DNA of 62,755 bases, filler included. It is 8 parts of 8 records of this genome, joined end to end, with 100 filler letters (N's around TTAATTAATTAA, not from the genome) between each part and the next. Parts side by side here need not be neighbours in the genome. Positions count along the whole stretch, not along the records: positions 23,314 to 29,480 come from SRR20825006_1801; positions 29,581 to 37,730 come from SRR20825006_1804; positions 37,831 to 43,146 come from SRR20825006_1805; 5 more parts are not named here. One strand, written 5' to 3'. Numbering within the stretch: the first letter of the stretch is position 1; every line of letters begins with the position of its first letter. Position numbers and translations under genes: made by a program. Shown here piece after piece: positions 29,452 through 37,992 of this stretch. Below the pieces are notes generated by a model. The model was given only the letters and a program-made list of their open reading frames with translations, searched no databases and was not told the DNA's origin.

Positions 29452-29480
29452 TGTTCCGTCTCAACGCCTTTGAGACAGAT
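29452..29480 (+). mobile_element. Terminal inverted repeat of an IS/transposon, right contig end
   Basis: TGTTCCGTCTCAACGCCTTTGAGACAGAT; similarity to the other end stops exactly at TGT. Confidence 0.8.
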
Positions 29481-29592
29481 NNNNNNNNNNNNNNNNNNNN
29501 NNNNNNNNNNNNNNNNNNNNNNNNTTAATTAATTAANNNNNNNNNNNNNNNNNNNNNNNNNNNNNNNNNNNNNNNNNNNNAAACGATATAAA

Positions 29593-32106
29593 ATGAACAA
29601 AACACAACATTACATATTAGGCCAATGGCAAGACGGTAAAGGCGACGGTAACCCAATCTACGATTCGGTGACTGGCGAGCACTTTACAAGCGTCACCACT
29701 GAAGGTTTAAACACAGGAGAAATTCTTCAATACGGAAGAGAAAAGGGAAACACGCTACGTAAAATGACGTTTCAAGAACGTGGATTAATGCTTAAGAAAT
29801 TGGCGTTTTATCTTCAGAAGAAAAAGAGAGCATTTTATGAGATTAGCTACAAAACTGGAGCTACAAAAATTGACTCTTGGATAGATATTGAAGGTGGTTT
29901 TGGAAACTTATTCGCCAATGCTTCGCTAAGAAAGTTATTTCCAAATCAGTCATTTCACGTGGAAGGTGACCCAATCGATTTATCTCGTGGTGGTCGCTTT
30001 ATGGCACATCATATTATGGTGCCTCGTGAAGGTGTAGCAGTTCACATTAACGCATTCAATTTCCCAGTTTGGGGAATGTTAGAGAAGTGTGCGTGTAATT
30101 GGATGGCTGGTGTTCCGGCTGTTGTATTGCCTGCGCCACAAACGGCTTATTTGACAGAGGCTGTCGTTAAAGAAATCATCGCTTCAGGAATTTTACCAGA
30201 AGGTGCGTTACAGTTAATTAGTGGTACCGCTAAAGATATTTTAGATAATACGCAATCTCAAGACGTGGTAAGTTTTACAGGTTCTGCAAAAACAGGCCGA
30301 ATGCTAAAAAACCATCCGCAACTTATTGAGGAATCTGTACCATTCACGATGGAAGCCGATTCATTAAACGCTTGTATTCTTGGGGAAGATGCTAAACCAG
30401 GCACTCCAGAATTTAATTTATTCATCAAGGAAGTTCGTAATGAGATGACTGTGAAATGTGGTCAAAAATGTACCGCCATTCGTCGCATCATCGTTCCAGA
30501 AAACTTGATTGAAGATGTGCAAATTGCGCTTGGAAAACAACTGGATAAAGTCACTATTGGTGACCCAAGATTGAAAGAAGTGAGAATGGGTGCTTTAGTG
30601 ACAAAAGAGCAACGTGAAAGTGTCTATAGTCAAGTCAAAGAAATTACAAAAACGGCAGACATCGTTTACGGCGATTTTGATGAAGCACAGACTATAGGTG
30701 AAAACACAAAAGGTGGTTCATTCATTAAACCAATATTACTTCGCGAAGACAATCCCTTGAAAAATGAAGCGGCACACATTACTGAAGCTTTTGGACCAGT
30801 ATCTACTTTGATGCCTTATAAAGATTTGGACGAGGCCATTCAGTTGTCTAAAATGGGTAAAGGTTCGTTGGTATCTTCAATCGTGACAAACGACAATAAG
30901 ATTGCTAGAGATTACACAGTTTCTGCAGCAACGCATCACGGTCGCATTTTAGTTTTAAACAGAGAAAGTGCTAAACAAAGTACAGGTCACGGTTCGCCGT
31001 TGCCTAACCTAATTCACGGTGGTCCAGGTCGCGCTGGTGGCGGTGAAGAAATGGGCGGAATGCGTGGTATTAAACATTACTTACAGCGTTGTGCCATACA
31101 AGGAAGTCCAACAACATTGACTGAAATTACTGGTATATATCAACCAAATTCAGCTTATAAAAAATCGCCTAAGCATCCATTCGCTTACCATTGGGAAGAC
31201 ATTCAACCAGGAATGTCTTTGGAAACCCACAAGCGTACCATTACCGATACCGATATTGTAAACTTCGGTAACTTGACTTGGGACCATTTCTATGCTCATA
31301 CAGATATTACGAGTCTTGACGGCAGTATTTTTGAACACAGAACAGCGCACGGTTATTTTGTGATTTCGATGGCAGCAGGATTATTTGTGTATCCAAATAA
31401 AGGACCAGTTGCCGCAAATTATGGTTTAGAGGAAATAAGATTCTTACGTCCGTTGTATCATAACGATACGGTTTACGTGCGATTAACCTGTAAGCAGAAA
31501 GTGGACCGCGAGCAAAAAGGTTCAGAATTACCTAGCGGCATCGTGAAATGGTTTGTTGAGGTTTTTGATGCGGAACCAGATGAAGACCAAGAACCATTGG
31601 TAGCCATTGCAACAATTTTAACGATGGTTCAGAAAAAGCAAACGGTTTTTGAAGAGATTTCAGAAGAATTTATTCAGAATTCATTGAGCAAACTGACTGA
31701 AGATGCGAAACCAAAATGGGGCATAATGACACCACAACATATGGTTGAGCATTTGGAGTGGAGCTATAAAGTTGCTTCAGGAGAAATTCAGGATTTTGAA
31801 ATTGCAACACCAGAAGAACATCTCGAAAAAGTGCACGACTCGTTGTACAACTATAAGCCATTTCCGCAAGGCCATCATATGCCTTTAATGAAGAAAGATG
31901 AGTTGATGCCTTTAGAGCACGATAACCTTGACGACGCAAATCAAGCACTGTTAGATGCACGTGAAGCCTATGTGAAATACTTTAAACAAAATGCAAAGGC
32001 TACTACTAAAAATGCAGTCTTTGGGCATTTAGATAGATTTGAGTGGACGCTTTTAGAACGAAAGCACTTGAATCATCATTTCAAACAATTTAATTTAATC
32101 GACTAA
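29593..32106 (+). CDS. paaZ: PaaZ bifunctional ALDH plus MaoC hydratase, with extra C-terminal DinB-like domain
   Basis: HINAFNFPVWG, EADSLN, GQKCTAIRR, HGGPGRAGGGEE, WDHFYAH, AHGYF; tail KWGIMTPQHMVEHL...KHLNHHFKQF. Confidence 0.92.
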   Translation: MNKTQHYILGQWQDGKGDGNPIYDSVTGEHFTSVTTEGLNTGEILQYGREKGNTLRKMTFQERGLMLKKLAFYLQKKKRAFYEISYKTGATKIDSWIDIEGGFGNLFANASLRKLFPNQSFHVEGDPIDLSRGGRFMAHHIMVPREGVAVHINAFNFPVWGMLEKCACNWMAGVPAVVLPAPQTAYLTEAVVKEIIASGILPEGALQLISGTAKDILDNTQSQDVVSFTGSAKTGRMLKNHPQLIEESVPFTMEADSLNACILGEDAKPGTPEFNLFIKEVRNEMTVKCGQKCTAIRRIIVPENLIEDVQIALGKQLDKVTIGDPRLKEVRMGALVTKEQRESVYSQVKEITKTADIVYGDFDEAQTIGENTKGGSFIKPILLREDNPLKNEAAHITEAFGPVSTLMPYKDLDEAIQLSKMGKGSLVSSIVTNDNKIARDYTVSAATHHGRILVLNRESAKQSTGHGSPLPNLIHGGPGRAGGGEEMGGMRGIKHYLQRCAIQGSPTTLTEITGIYQPNSAYKKSPKHPFAYHWEDIQPGMSLETHKRTITDTDIVNFGNLTWDHFYAHTDITSLDGSIFEHRTAHGYFVISMAAGLFVYPNKGPVAANYGLEEIRFLRPLYHNDTVYVRLTCKQKVDREQKGSELPSGIVKWFVEVFDAEPDEDQEPLVAIATILTMVQKKQTVFEEISEEFIQNSLSKLTEDAKPKWGIMTPQHMVEHLEWSYKVASGEIQDFEIATPEEHLEKVHDSLYNYKPFPQGHHMPLMKKDELMPLEHDNLDDANQALLDAREAYVKYFKQNAKATTKNAVFGHLDRFEWTLLERKHLNHHFKQFNLID

Positions 32107-32121
32107 CTAAAACCTATTACA

Positions 32122-32874
32122 TTGACTAAACCCTACGTAAAACAACATACAGAAAACGGAATTTCAACTATAGAATTTTTTCATCCGGCACATAACAGTT
32201 TGCCAGGTGATATTCTTGCCAAATTAGCGAACACAATTAATGAAGCAGGCCAAGACGATAACGTTCTTGTCATCATCTTAAAAAGTGGTGGTGACCGAAC
32301 TTTTTGTGCCGGTGCAAGCTTTAAGGAATTAATTTCTATTGAAGATGAAAAAACAGGTGAAGCGTTCTTTATGGGCTTTGCTAATGTGATAAACGCAATG
32401 CGTAAATGCCCAAAATTCATCATCGGTCGCGTACAAGGAAAAACCGTTGGTGGTGGCGTTGGCCTTGCTAGTGCAATGGACTATTGTATGGCGACAAAAT
32501 TTGCCTCTATCAAGTTAAGTGAGCTGAATATTGGTATTGGACCATTTGTGGTCGGACCAGCTGTTGCACGTAAATTAGGTGTCAGCGGAATGTCTCAAAT
32601 TGCTATTGATGCTAATACATTCTACAGTCCAGAATGGGCAAAAAACAAAGGTTTATTCACACACGTTTACGATTCAACTGAAGAGCTAGACGAAGCCGTT
32701 CAAGCCACCGCAGAGCATTTATGCACTTATAATCCTGAAGCAATGAAAGAGATGAAGAAAATCTTTTGGGATGGTTGCGACGATTGGGACACGTTATTAA
32801 ATGAACGCGCAAAAGTTTCAGGACGATTAGTTTTATCTGAATTCACTAAGGAGAAATTGAAGCGGTTTGCTTAA
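32122..32874 (+). CDS. Enoyl-CoA hydratase/isomerase family protein
   Basis: FCAGAS, VQGKTVGGGVGL, LSELNIG. Confidence 0.9.
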   Translation: MTKPYVKQHTENGISTIEFFHPAHNSLPGDILAKLANTINEAGQDDNVLVIILKSGGDRTFCAGASFKELISIEDEKTGEAFFMGFANVINAMRKCPKFIIGRVQGKTVGGGVGLASAMDYCMATKFASIKLSELNIGIGPFVVGPAVARKLGVSGMSQIAIDANTFYSPEWAKNKGLFTHVYDSTEELDEAVQATAEHLCTYNPEAMKEMKKIFWDGCDDWDTLLNERAKVSGRLVLSEFTKEKLKRFA

Positions 32875-32876
32875 TA

Positions 32877-32898
32877 CTTCCTGCGTAGGCAGGAATCT
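32877..32898 (+). repeat. REP-like palindrome left of GIY-YIG gene
   Basis: C-TTCCTGC-GTAG-GCAGGAA-TCT. Confidence 0.75.
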
Positions 32899-32912
32899 CT
32901 GACTTGATAACT

Positions 32913-33233
32913 ATGACCAAATGGACCGTCTACATAATGACAAATAAACCAAACGGTGTGTTATATATTGGTGTTACAGATGATATTAATTCGAGAGTTA
33001 TTGAACATAAAATTAAATTTTACCCAAAGTCTTTCACAGCAAGATATAACTGTGATAAATTAATTTACCTTGAAGAGTTTAGTGAAGTAGCTGAAGCTTT
33101 AAAAAGAGAACGTCAATTTAAAAAGTGGAAAAGAGACTGGAAAATTAATTTAATAAAAGAAATGAATCCAAGCTGGTTTGATTTAAGCCTCAATTGGAAT
33201 TTAGATTTGAATAAACATAGAACTAACCAATAA
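32913..33233 (+). CDS. Small stand-alone GIY-YIG nuclease
   Basis: VYIMTN..NGVLYIGVT, RVIEHK, FTARY, ALKRERQFKKWKRDWK. Confidence 0.92.
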   Translation: MTKWTVYIMTNKPNGVLYIGVTDDINSRVIEHKIKFYPKSFTARYNCDKLIYLEEFSEVAEALKRERQFKKWKRDWKINLIKEMNPSWFDLSLNWNLDLNKHRTNQ

Positions 33234-33235
33234 AA

Positions 33236-33257
33236 AGATTCCTGCCTCCGCAAAAAG
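33236..33257 (-). repeat. REP-like palindrome right of GIY-YIG gene (inverted copy)
   Basis: AGATTCCTGCCTCCGCAAAAAG matches the reverse complement of 32877-32898 at 19/22. Confidence 0.72.
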
Positions 33258-33262
33258 TTGTT

Positions 33263-33856
33263 ATGATTTACAGTTTCAAAAACCACATCCCAGTAATCCA
33301 CGAATCTAGTTTTGTACATCCGCTTGCGGCTGTGACTGGTAATGTGATTATCGGCAAAGATTGTTACATAGGTCCTGGTTGTGCTATTCGCGGTGATTGG
33401 GGTGAGATTATCTTGGAAGATGGTGTGAATGTTCAGGAGAATTGCACGGTGCATATGTTTCCGGGAAAATCTATTGTGTTGAAAGCAGGTGCACACGTAG
33501 GACACGGCGCGATTATTCACGGTGCAAACCTTGGTCGCAATTGCTTAATTGGAATGAATAGTGTCATTATGGACGATGCTGAAATTGGAGACGAAAGTAT
33601 TGTTGGTGCAATGGCTTTTATAAAAGGTGAAACGAAGATTCCAGCACGAAGTTTAGTTGTTGGCAATCCTGCTAAAATTATTAAAGAAGTGTCTGATGAG
33701 ATGATTGCCTGGAAAACAGCTGGAACAAAACTCTATCAACAATTACCTGCAGACTGTCACGAAACATTGCGAGAGGTTGAGCCTTTGAGAGAAGTTCCTG
33801 ATAATAGACCGAAGCAGGAGGACTTTTATAAAACTTTGAACCAATTCCGGAAATAA
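33263..33856 (+). CDS. paaY: PaaY/CaiE gamma-carbonic-anhydrase-like hexapeptide protein
   Basis: IRGDWG, NVQENC, HVGHGAIIHG; paa context. Confidence 0.85.
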   Translation: MIYSFKNHIPVIHESSFVHPLAAVTGNVIIGKDCYIGPGCAIRGDWGEIILEDGVNVQENCTVHMFPGKSIVLKAGAHVGHGAIIHGANLGRNCLIGMNSVIMDDAEIGDESIVGAMAFIKGETKIPARSLVVGNPAKIIKEVSDEMIAWKTAGTKLYQQLPADCHETLREVEPLREVPDNRPKQEDFYKTLNQFRK

Positions 33857-34486
33857 ATGTCCATAAGTTTAAGAAATACAGCTCTAGTTTCAATAAGTAT
33901 CCCTTTTCTTTTTCTAATTGTTTTTGGAGTATATTTTTTGGTTATATATCCAAACCTATATACTGATTTTAGTGGTTCTACTCTTACACTATTTAACATT
34001 AAGCAACTACCCTATAACTGGTTTATAGTAGTATTTGGTTACCTAACTTTAGGTGTTTTAATGATTAATACATCCTTGTCATTACTATTATTGGAAGTAG
34101 AAAAAACAATACTTTTTAAAATAGGATTAATACTCACAATAATATCTGCAATGCTCTGGGTTTCTTTTGGCTTCACACCAATTACAATAGACCAAGAATT
34201 TAATGTAGATTCATTTATGTACCGTCAATTGGGTTTATTCATAACTTCCTTTTTTGGATTTATTTTTATAGCTACAGATTCGAGTAGATTTTTAATAGCT
34301 AAAAAATTTAGTGTTCTGTTAATTATTAACGCTTCATTAATGGCGTTAATTTCTCTGATATTTGGAATTTTGAAGATGGAAATGAATATAATCTCTTACT
34401 TTATGCAGGCTTATTGGTTATTTTATTTTTCATCATATTTAATTCTTGGTCTAGGTATATTAAATAGTAAAAATTACACAATCTAA
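33857..34486 (+). CDS. Very AT-rich hypothetical polytopic membrane protein
   Basis: 209-aa ORF with about 6 hydrophobic segments. Confidence 0.65.
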   Translation: MSISLRNTALVSISIPFLFLIVFGVYFLVIYPNLYTDFSGSTLTLFNIKQLPYNWFIVVFGYLTLGVLMINTSLSLLLLEVEKTILFKIGLILTIISAMLWVSFGFTPITIDQEFNVDSFMYRQLGLFITSFFGFIFIATDSSRFLIAKKFSVLLIINASLMALISLIFGILKMEMNIISYFMQAYWLFYFSSYLILGLGILNSKNYTI

Positions 34487-34956
34487 TCCAACACCGATAA
34501 ATCCAACTCATTCGTTTGCTTTCCAGTGCTCAGCGTAATAAAACTCTGTACACTTCCCAGATACGGAATCAGTGTTAACTTTGAGACAATAAAAGTTTCG
34601 TAAGCTTCAATATCTTTTACAACAAGTTTCAGCAAATAATCAAAGGTTCCACTAATACGGTGGCACTCTACCACTTCTGGAAAATCATTTATTTGGCTCA
34701 CAAATTTCTCTAAAAAGCTACGTGTATGACCTTGTAAGGTAATGGCAATAAATACGGTTTGCTTAAGCCCTAATTTCTTGGCGTTCAACTTTGCAGCATA
34801 ACCATCAATTAGACCTTCTTTTTCTAATTTCTTGATGCGTTCAAAAATAGGCGTAGTAGTTTTTCCTAAAATTTCAGCTAGACTTTTAACGGTTCTGTTA
34901 GAATCTTCTTGAAGTAATTTCAGTAACTTTTTATCTGTACTATCTAGTTTAATCAC
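34483..34956 (-). CDS. Lrp/AsnC family regulator
   Basis: LDSTDKKLLKLLQED, ERIKKLEKEGLI, ECHRISGTFDYLLK. Confidence 0.93.
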   Translation of the reverse strand: MIKLDSTDKKLLKLLQEDSNRTVKSLAEILGKTTTPIFERIKKLEKEGLIDGYAAKLNAKKLGLKQTVFIAITLQGHTRSFLEKFVSQINDFPEVVECHRISGTFDYLLKLVVKDIEAYETFIVSKLTLIPYLGSVQSFITLSTGKQTNELDLSVLD

Positions 34957-35115
34957 AATGAACTTCTATTTAGTTTGGTTTAAAATTCAATATTAAGAAT
35001 AAAAACATAGTTAAATAACATTAGGCAGAATTTTATTCTATTACAAATAGATTGTTTAGTTGATACCTATAGACTTCATTAAGATTAATTAAATTTGTTA
35101 GAATTCAAGAAACTT

Positions 35116-36555
35116 ATGAGCGAGACTGCATTTAAAGTCCCTAAAATGGGCGAAAGTATTACAGAAGGTACTATCATAAATTGGGTGGTTCAAGAAGGTG
35201 ATGCTTTTGAAGAAGGTGATATTTTAGTAGAAATTGCTACAGACAAAGTAGATAATGAAGTGCCTGCACCATTTTCGGGTGTTATGATTTCTCACAAAGC
35301 TCAGGCTAATGATGTTGTTGCGGTAGGTTCTGAGATTGCAATGCTCTCAAAAGAGAAGTCGAATTCGAAAATGAAATCGAAATCGAAATCGAGTTCTCAG
35401 ACTCTTGAAAAGAAAGAACAGAATAGTAAACTTTCCAAATCAAAAACAGCTCAAGAAAGCTCTGATTCTTTCCCTTTGGGAAAGATGTCCGCAGGACAGA
35501 AAGGGAACAATCAATTCTATTCGCCTCTAGTCATTTCAATCGCCAAAGAACATCATATCTCATTTGAAGAATTGGCTCGGATTGAAGCGACAGGAAATGA
35601 TGGCCGATTACGAAAAAGTGATGTTTTTAAATATATAGATGCTGGAAGACCTTATCAGTTTTCAGCAAGCGCTTCAACTATTTCAGGAGAAGGTATTGGC
35701 GGAAAGTTTGAAGCGATTGGTCAGCAAATGATGCAATTGGGTCAGGAACTCAATGACACTTTAGCAGAATTAAAAGCCTTAAAAGAACAACCAGTTGTTG
35801 AGCAACCAAAACCGTACACGATTCCGCAGTTAAAATTAGATAAAGGTTCTGGCAAGATTGTCGAGATGGATCGTATGCGCAGTATGATTGCAGACCATAT
35901 GGTGTATAGCAAACATACGTCGCCACACGTAACAGCTTATGTTGAAGCTGATATGACTGATATTGTGAATTGGAGAAACGCAAACAAGGTGGAATTTCAG
36001 GAAAAGTATGGCGAGAAACTTACGTTTACGCCATTATTTGTTGAAGCTGTCGCCAATGCGATTACCGAGTTTCCAATGATTAATGTGTCTGTAGATGGTA
36101 AAAACATCATCGTTAAAGAACACATCAACGTTGGTATGGCAACCGCTTTACCAAGTGGGAACCTTATCGTTCCGGTTGTGAAAGATGCCGATAAAAAGAA
36201 CTTACAAGAACTCGCTACAGACGTTAATCGAATGGCGAATCTCGCCAGAGAAAACAAACTTGGTGGCGATGACATTAAAGGAAGCACATTTACGATAAGT
36301 AATGTGGGAACCTTTGGAAGTGTTATGGGAACACCCATCATTAACCAACCGGAAGCGGCGATTCTCGCTACTGGAATTATCAAAAAGCGACCAGAAGTGA
36401 TTACAAAAGACGGTAATGATATTATCGAAATACGTTCGATGATGTACTTGTCATTATCCTTTGACCATCGCATTGTGGATGGTTTTCTTGGCGGAAGCTT
36501 CTTAAAGAAAATTGCTGATAATTTAGAGCAGTTTGATACGAATAGAGAAATTTAA
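35116..36555 (+). CDS. 2-oxoacid dehydrogenase E2 (dihydrolipoamide acyltransferase)
   Basis: Lipoyl EIATDKVDNEV, E3-binding GNDGRLRKSDV, catalytic SFDHRIVDG. Confidence 0.93.
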   Translation: MSETAFKVPKMGESITEGTIINWVVQEGDAFEEGDILVEIATDKVDNEVPAPFSGVMISHKAQANDVVAVGSEIAMLSKEKSNSKMKSKSKSSSQTLEKKEQNSKLSKSKTAQESSDSFPLGKMSAGQKGNNQFYSPLVISIAKEHHISFEELARIEATGNDGRLRKSDVFKYIDAGRPYQFSASASTISGEGIGGKFEAIGQQMMQLGQELNDTLAELKALKEQPVVEQPKPYTIPQLKLDKGSGKIVEMDRMRSMIADHMVYSKHTSPHVTAYVEADMTDIVNWRNANKVEFQEKYGEKLTFTPLFVEAVANAITEFPMINVSVDGKNIIVKEHINVGMATALPSGNLIVPVVKDADKKNLQELATDVNRMANLARENKLGGDDIKGSTFTISNVGTFGSVMGTPIINQPEAAILATGIIKKRPEVITKDGNDIIEIRSMMYLSLSFDHRIVDGFLGGSFLKKIADNLEQFDTNREI

Positions 36556-36558
36556 TTG

Positions 36559-36611
36559 ATCTCGATTATGCTCGAACTGACATCCATTGTCACATCGAGC
36601 GTAGTCGAGGT
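36559..36611. repeat. Inverted pair of GTCA-tagged REP-like units
   Basis: ATCTCGATTATGCTCGAACTGACA / TGTCACATCGAGCGTAGTCGAGGT; 19/24 complementary. Confidence 0.7.
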
Positions 36612-36634
36612 GCTTTTCATAATCATATAGAATA

Positions 36635-37696
36635 ATGAAAACTTTAGACATAAAAATAACCAAAGCAACAACTTCAAAATTGGAGACTGTTGACATTAAC
36701 AATATTCCATTAGGAAAAGCCTTTACAGATCATATGTTCATTTGTGACTTTGAGGATGGCGTTTGGAAAGACGCAAGAGTTGTTCCTCTAGACACCATAC
36801 CAACACATCCAGCAGCAATGGCATTACATTATGGTCAGGCGATTTTTGAAGGTATGAAAGCAACGGTTGATGCAGATGGAAATCCGCAGTTGTTTAGACC
36901 AGCAGATAATGCAAAACGACTAAATTTTAGTGCTCGCCGCATGGGAATGCAAGAGATACCTGAAGAAATTTTTGTTGAAGGTTTAAAAGCACTTGTAAAT
37001 ATTGAACGTAACTGGATTCCAAAACAAGACGGTAGCACATTATATTTAAGACCATTTATGTATGCCGATGAGCCACATATTGGTATGCGCGCCGCCACAC
37101 ATTACAAGTTCATAATTATAGCCACACCAGCAGGACCATTTTTTAAAGAACGCATAAAACTTTGGGCAGAAAAGCAATACATACGTGCTGCAGCAGGTGG
37201 TACTGGCGAAGCTAAAGCGGCTGGAAATTATGCAGCGGCAATACGACCTACAGAGATAGCCAAGTCTAATGGCTACAATCAAGTTTTATGGCTAGATGCA
37301 CACGAGCACAAATACATTCAGGAAGTTGGGACAATGAACATCTTTTTCAAGATTGATGGTAAGTTTATTACACCAAAACTTGATGGTTCTGTTTTAGACG
37401 GAATAACTCGAAAAAGTGTAATGACGTTGCTTAAAGATTTTGGATTTGATTTAACTGAACGTCGCATCACTATTGATGAAATAATTGAGGCAGAAAAAAA
37501 TGGTACGCTTGAAGAAGCTTTCGGTACAGGAACTGCTGTAAATATTGCAATGATTGAAAGCATAGGTTATGATGGAGGAACAATTCATGTCTCTGATGAT
37601 AATCCTATAGGCGAGAAAGTAAACAATACCTTAGATGGCATTAAAACAGGTAAGGTTGAAGATAAATTTGACTGGATGTTGAAGGTGACAAAATAA
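36635..37696 (+). CDS. ilvE: Branched-chain amino acid aminotransferase
   Basis: LHYGQAIFEGMKA, LYLRP, AKAAGNY, EVGTMN, LDGITRKS, FGTGTA. Confidence 0.95.
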   Translation: MKTLDIKITKATTSKLETVDINNIPLGKAFTDHMFICDFEDGVWKDARVVPLDTIPTHPAAMALHYGQAIFEGMKATVDADGNPQLFRPADNAKRLNFSARRMGMQEIPEEIFVEGLKALVNIERNWIPKQDGSTLYLRPFMYADEPHIGMRAATHYKFIIIATPAGPFFKERIKLWAEKQYIRAAAGGTGEAKAAGNYAAAIRPTEIAKSNGYNQVLWLDAHEHKYIQEVGTMNIFFKIDGKFITPKLDGSVLDGITRKSVMTLLKDFGFDLTERRITIDEIIEAEKNGTLEEAFGTGTAVNIAMIESIGYDGGTIHVSDDNPIGEKVNNTLDGIKTGKVEDKFDWMLKVTK

Positions 37697-37702
37697 CATT
37701 TT

Positions 37703-37728
37703 GTCATTCTGAACTTGATTCAGAATCT
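37703..37728 (+). repeat. GTC-tagged REP-like palindrome at contig end
   Basis: GTC-ATTCTGAA-CTTGA-TTCAGAAT-CT. Confidence 0.65.
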
Positions 37729-37830
37729 CTNNNNNNNNNNNNNNNNNNNNNNNNNNNNNNNNNNNNNNNNNNNNTTAATTAATTAANNNNNNNNNNNNNN
37801 NNNNNNNNNNNNNNNNNNNNNNNNNNNNNN

Positions 37831-37989
37831 GGCGCCACCATGGCATCGATCGCCAGCGCGGTCCTGACAGCACAGAACGCCCGCTACGCGCTTCTTCTCG
37901 TGATGCTCGGATCGGCGCTGGTCGCTCTTGCGGCGGCATTGGTTGCGCGCCGCCTCGAGAATATCCAGCCGGAAAGCACCGGAGCGTAA
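37831..37989 (+). CDS. C-terminus of a membrane transporter (MFS-like), partial
   Basis: GATMASIASAVL...YALLLVMLGSALVALAAALVARR...*. Confidence 0.5.
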   Translation, partial: GATMASIASAVLTAQNARYALLLVMLGSALVALAAALVARRLENIQPESTGA

Positions 37990-37992
37990 TTC

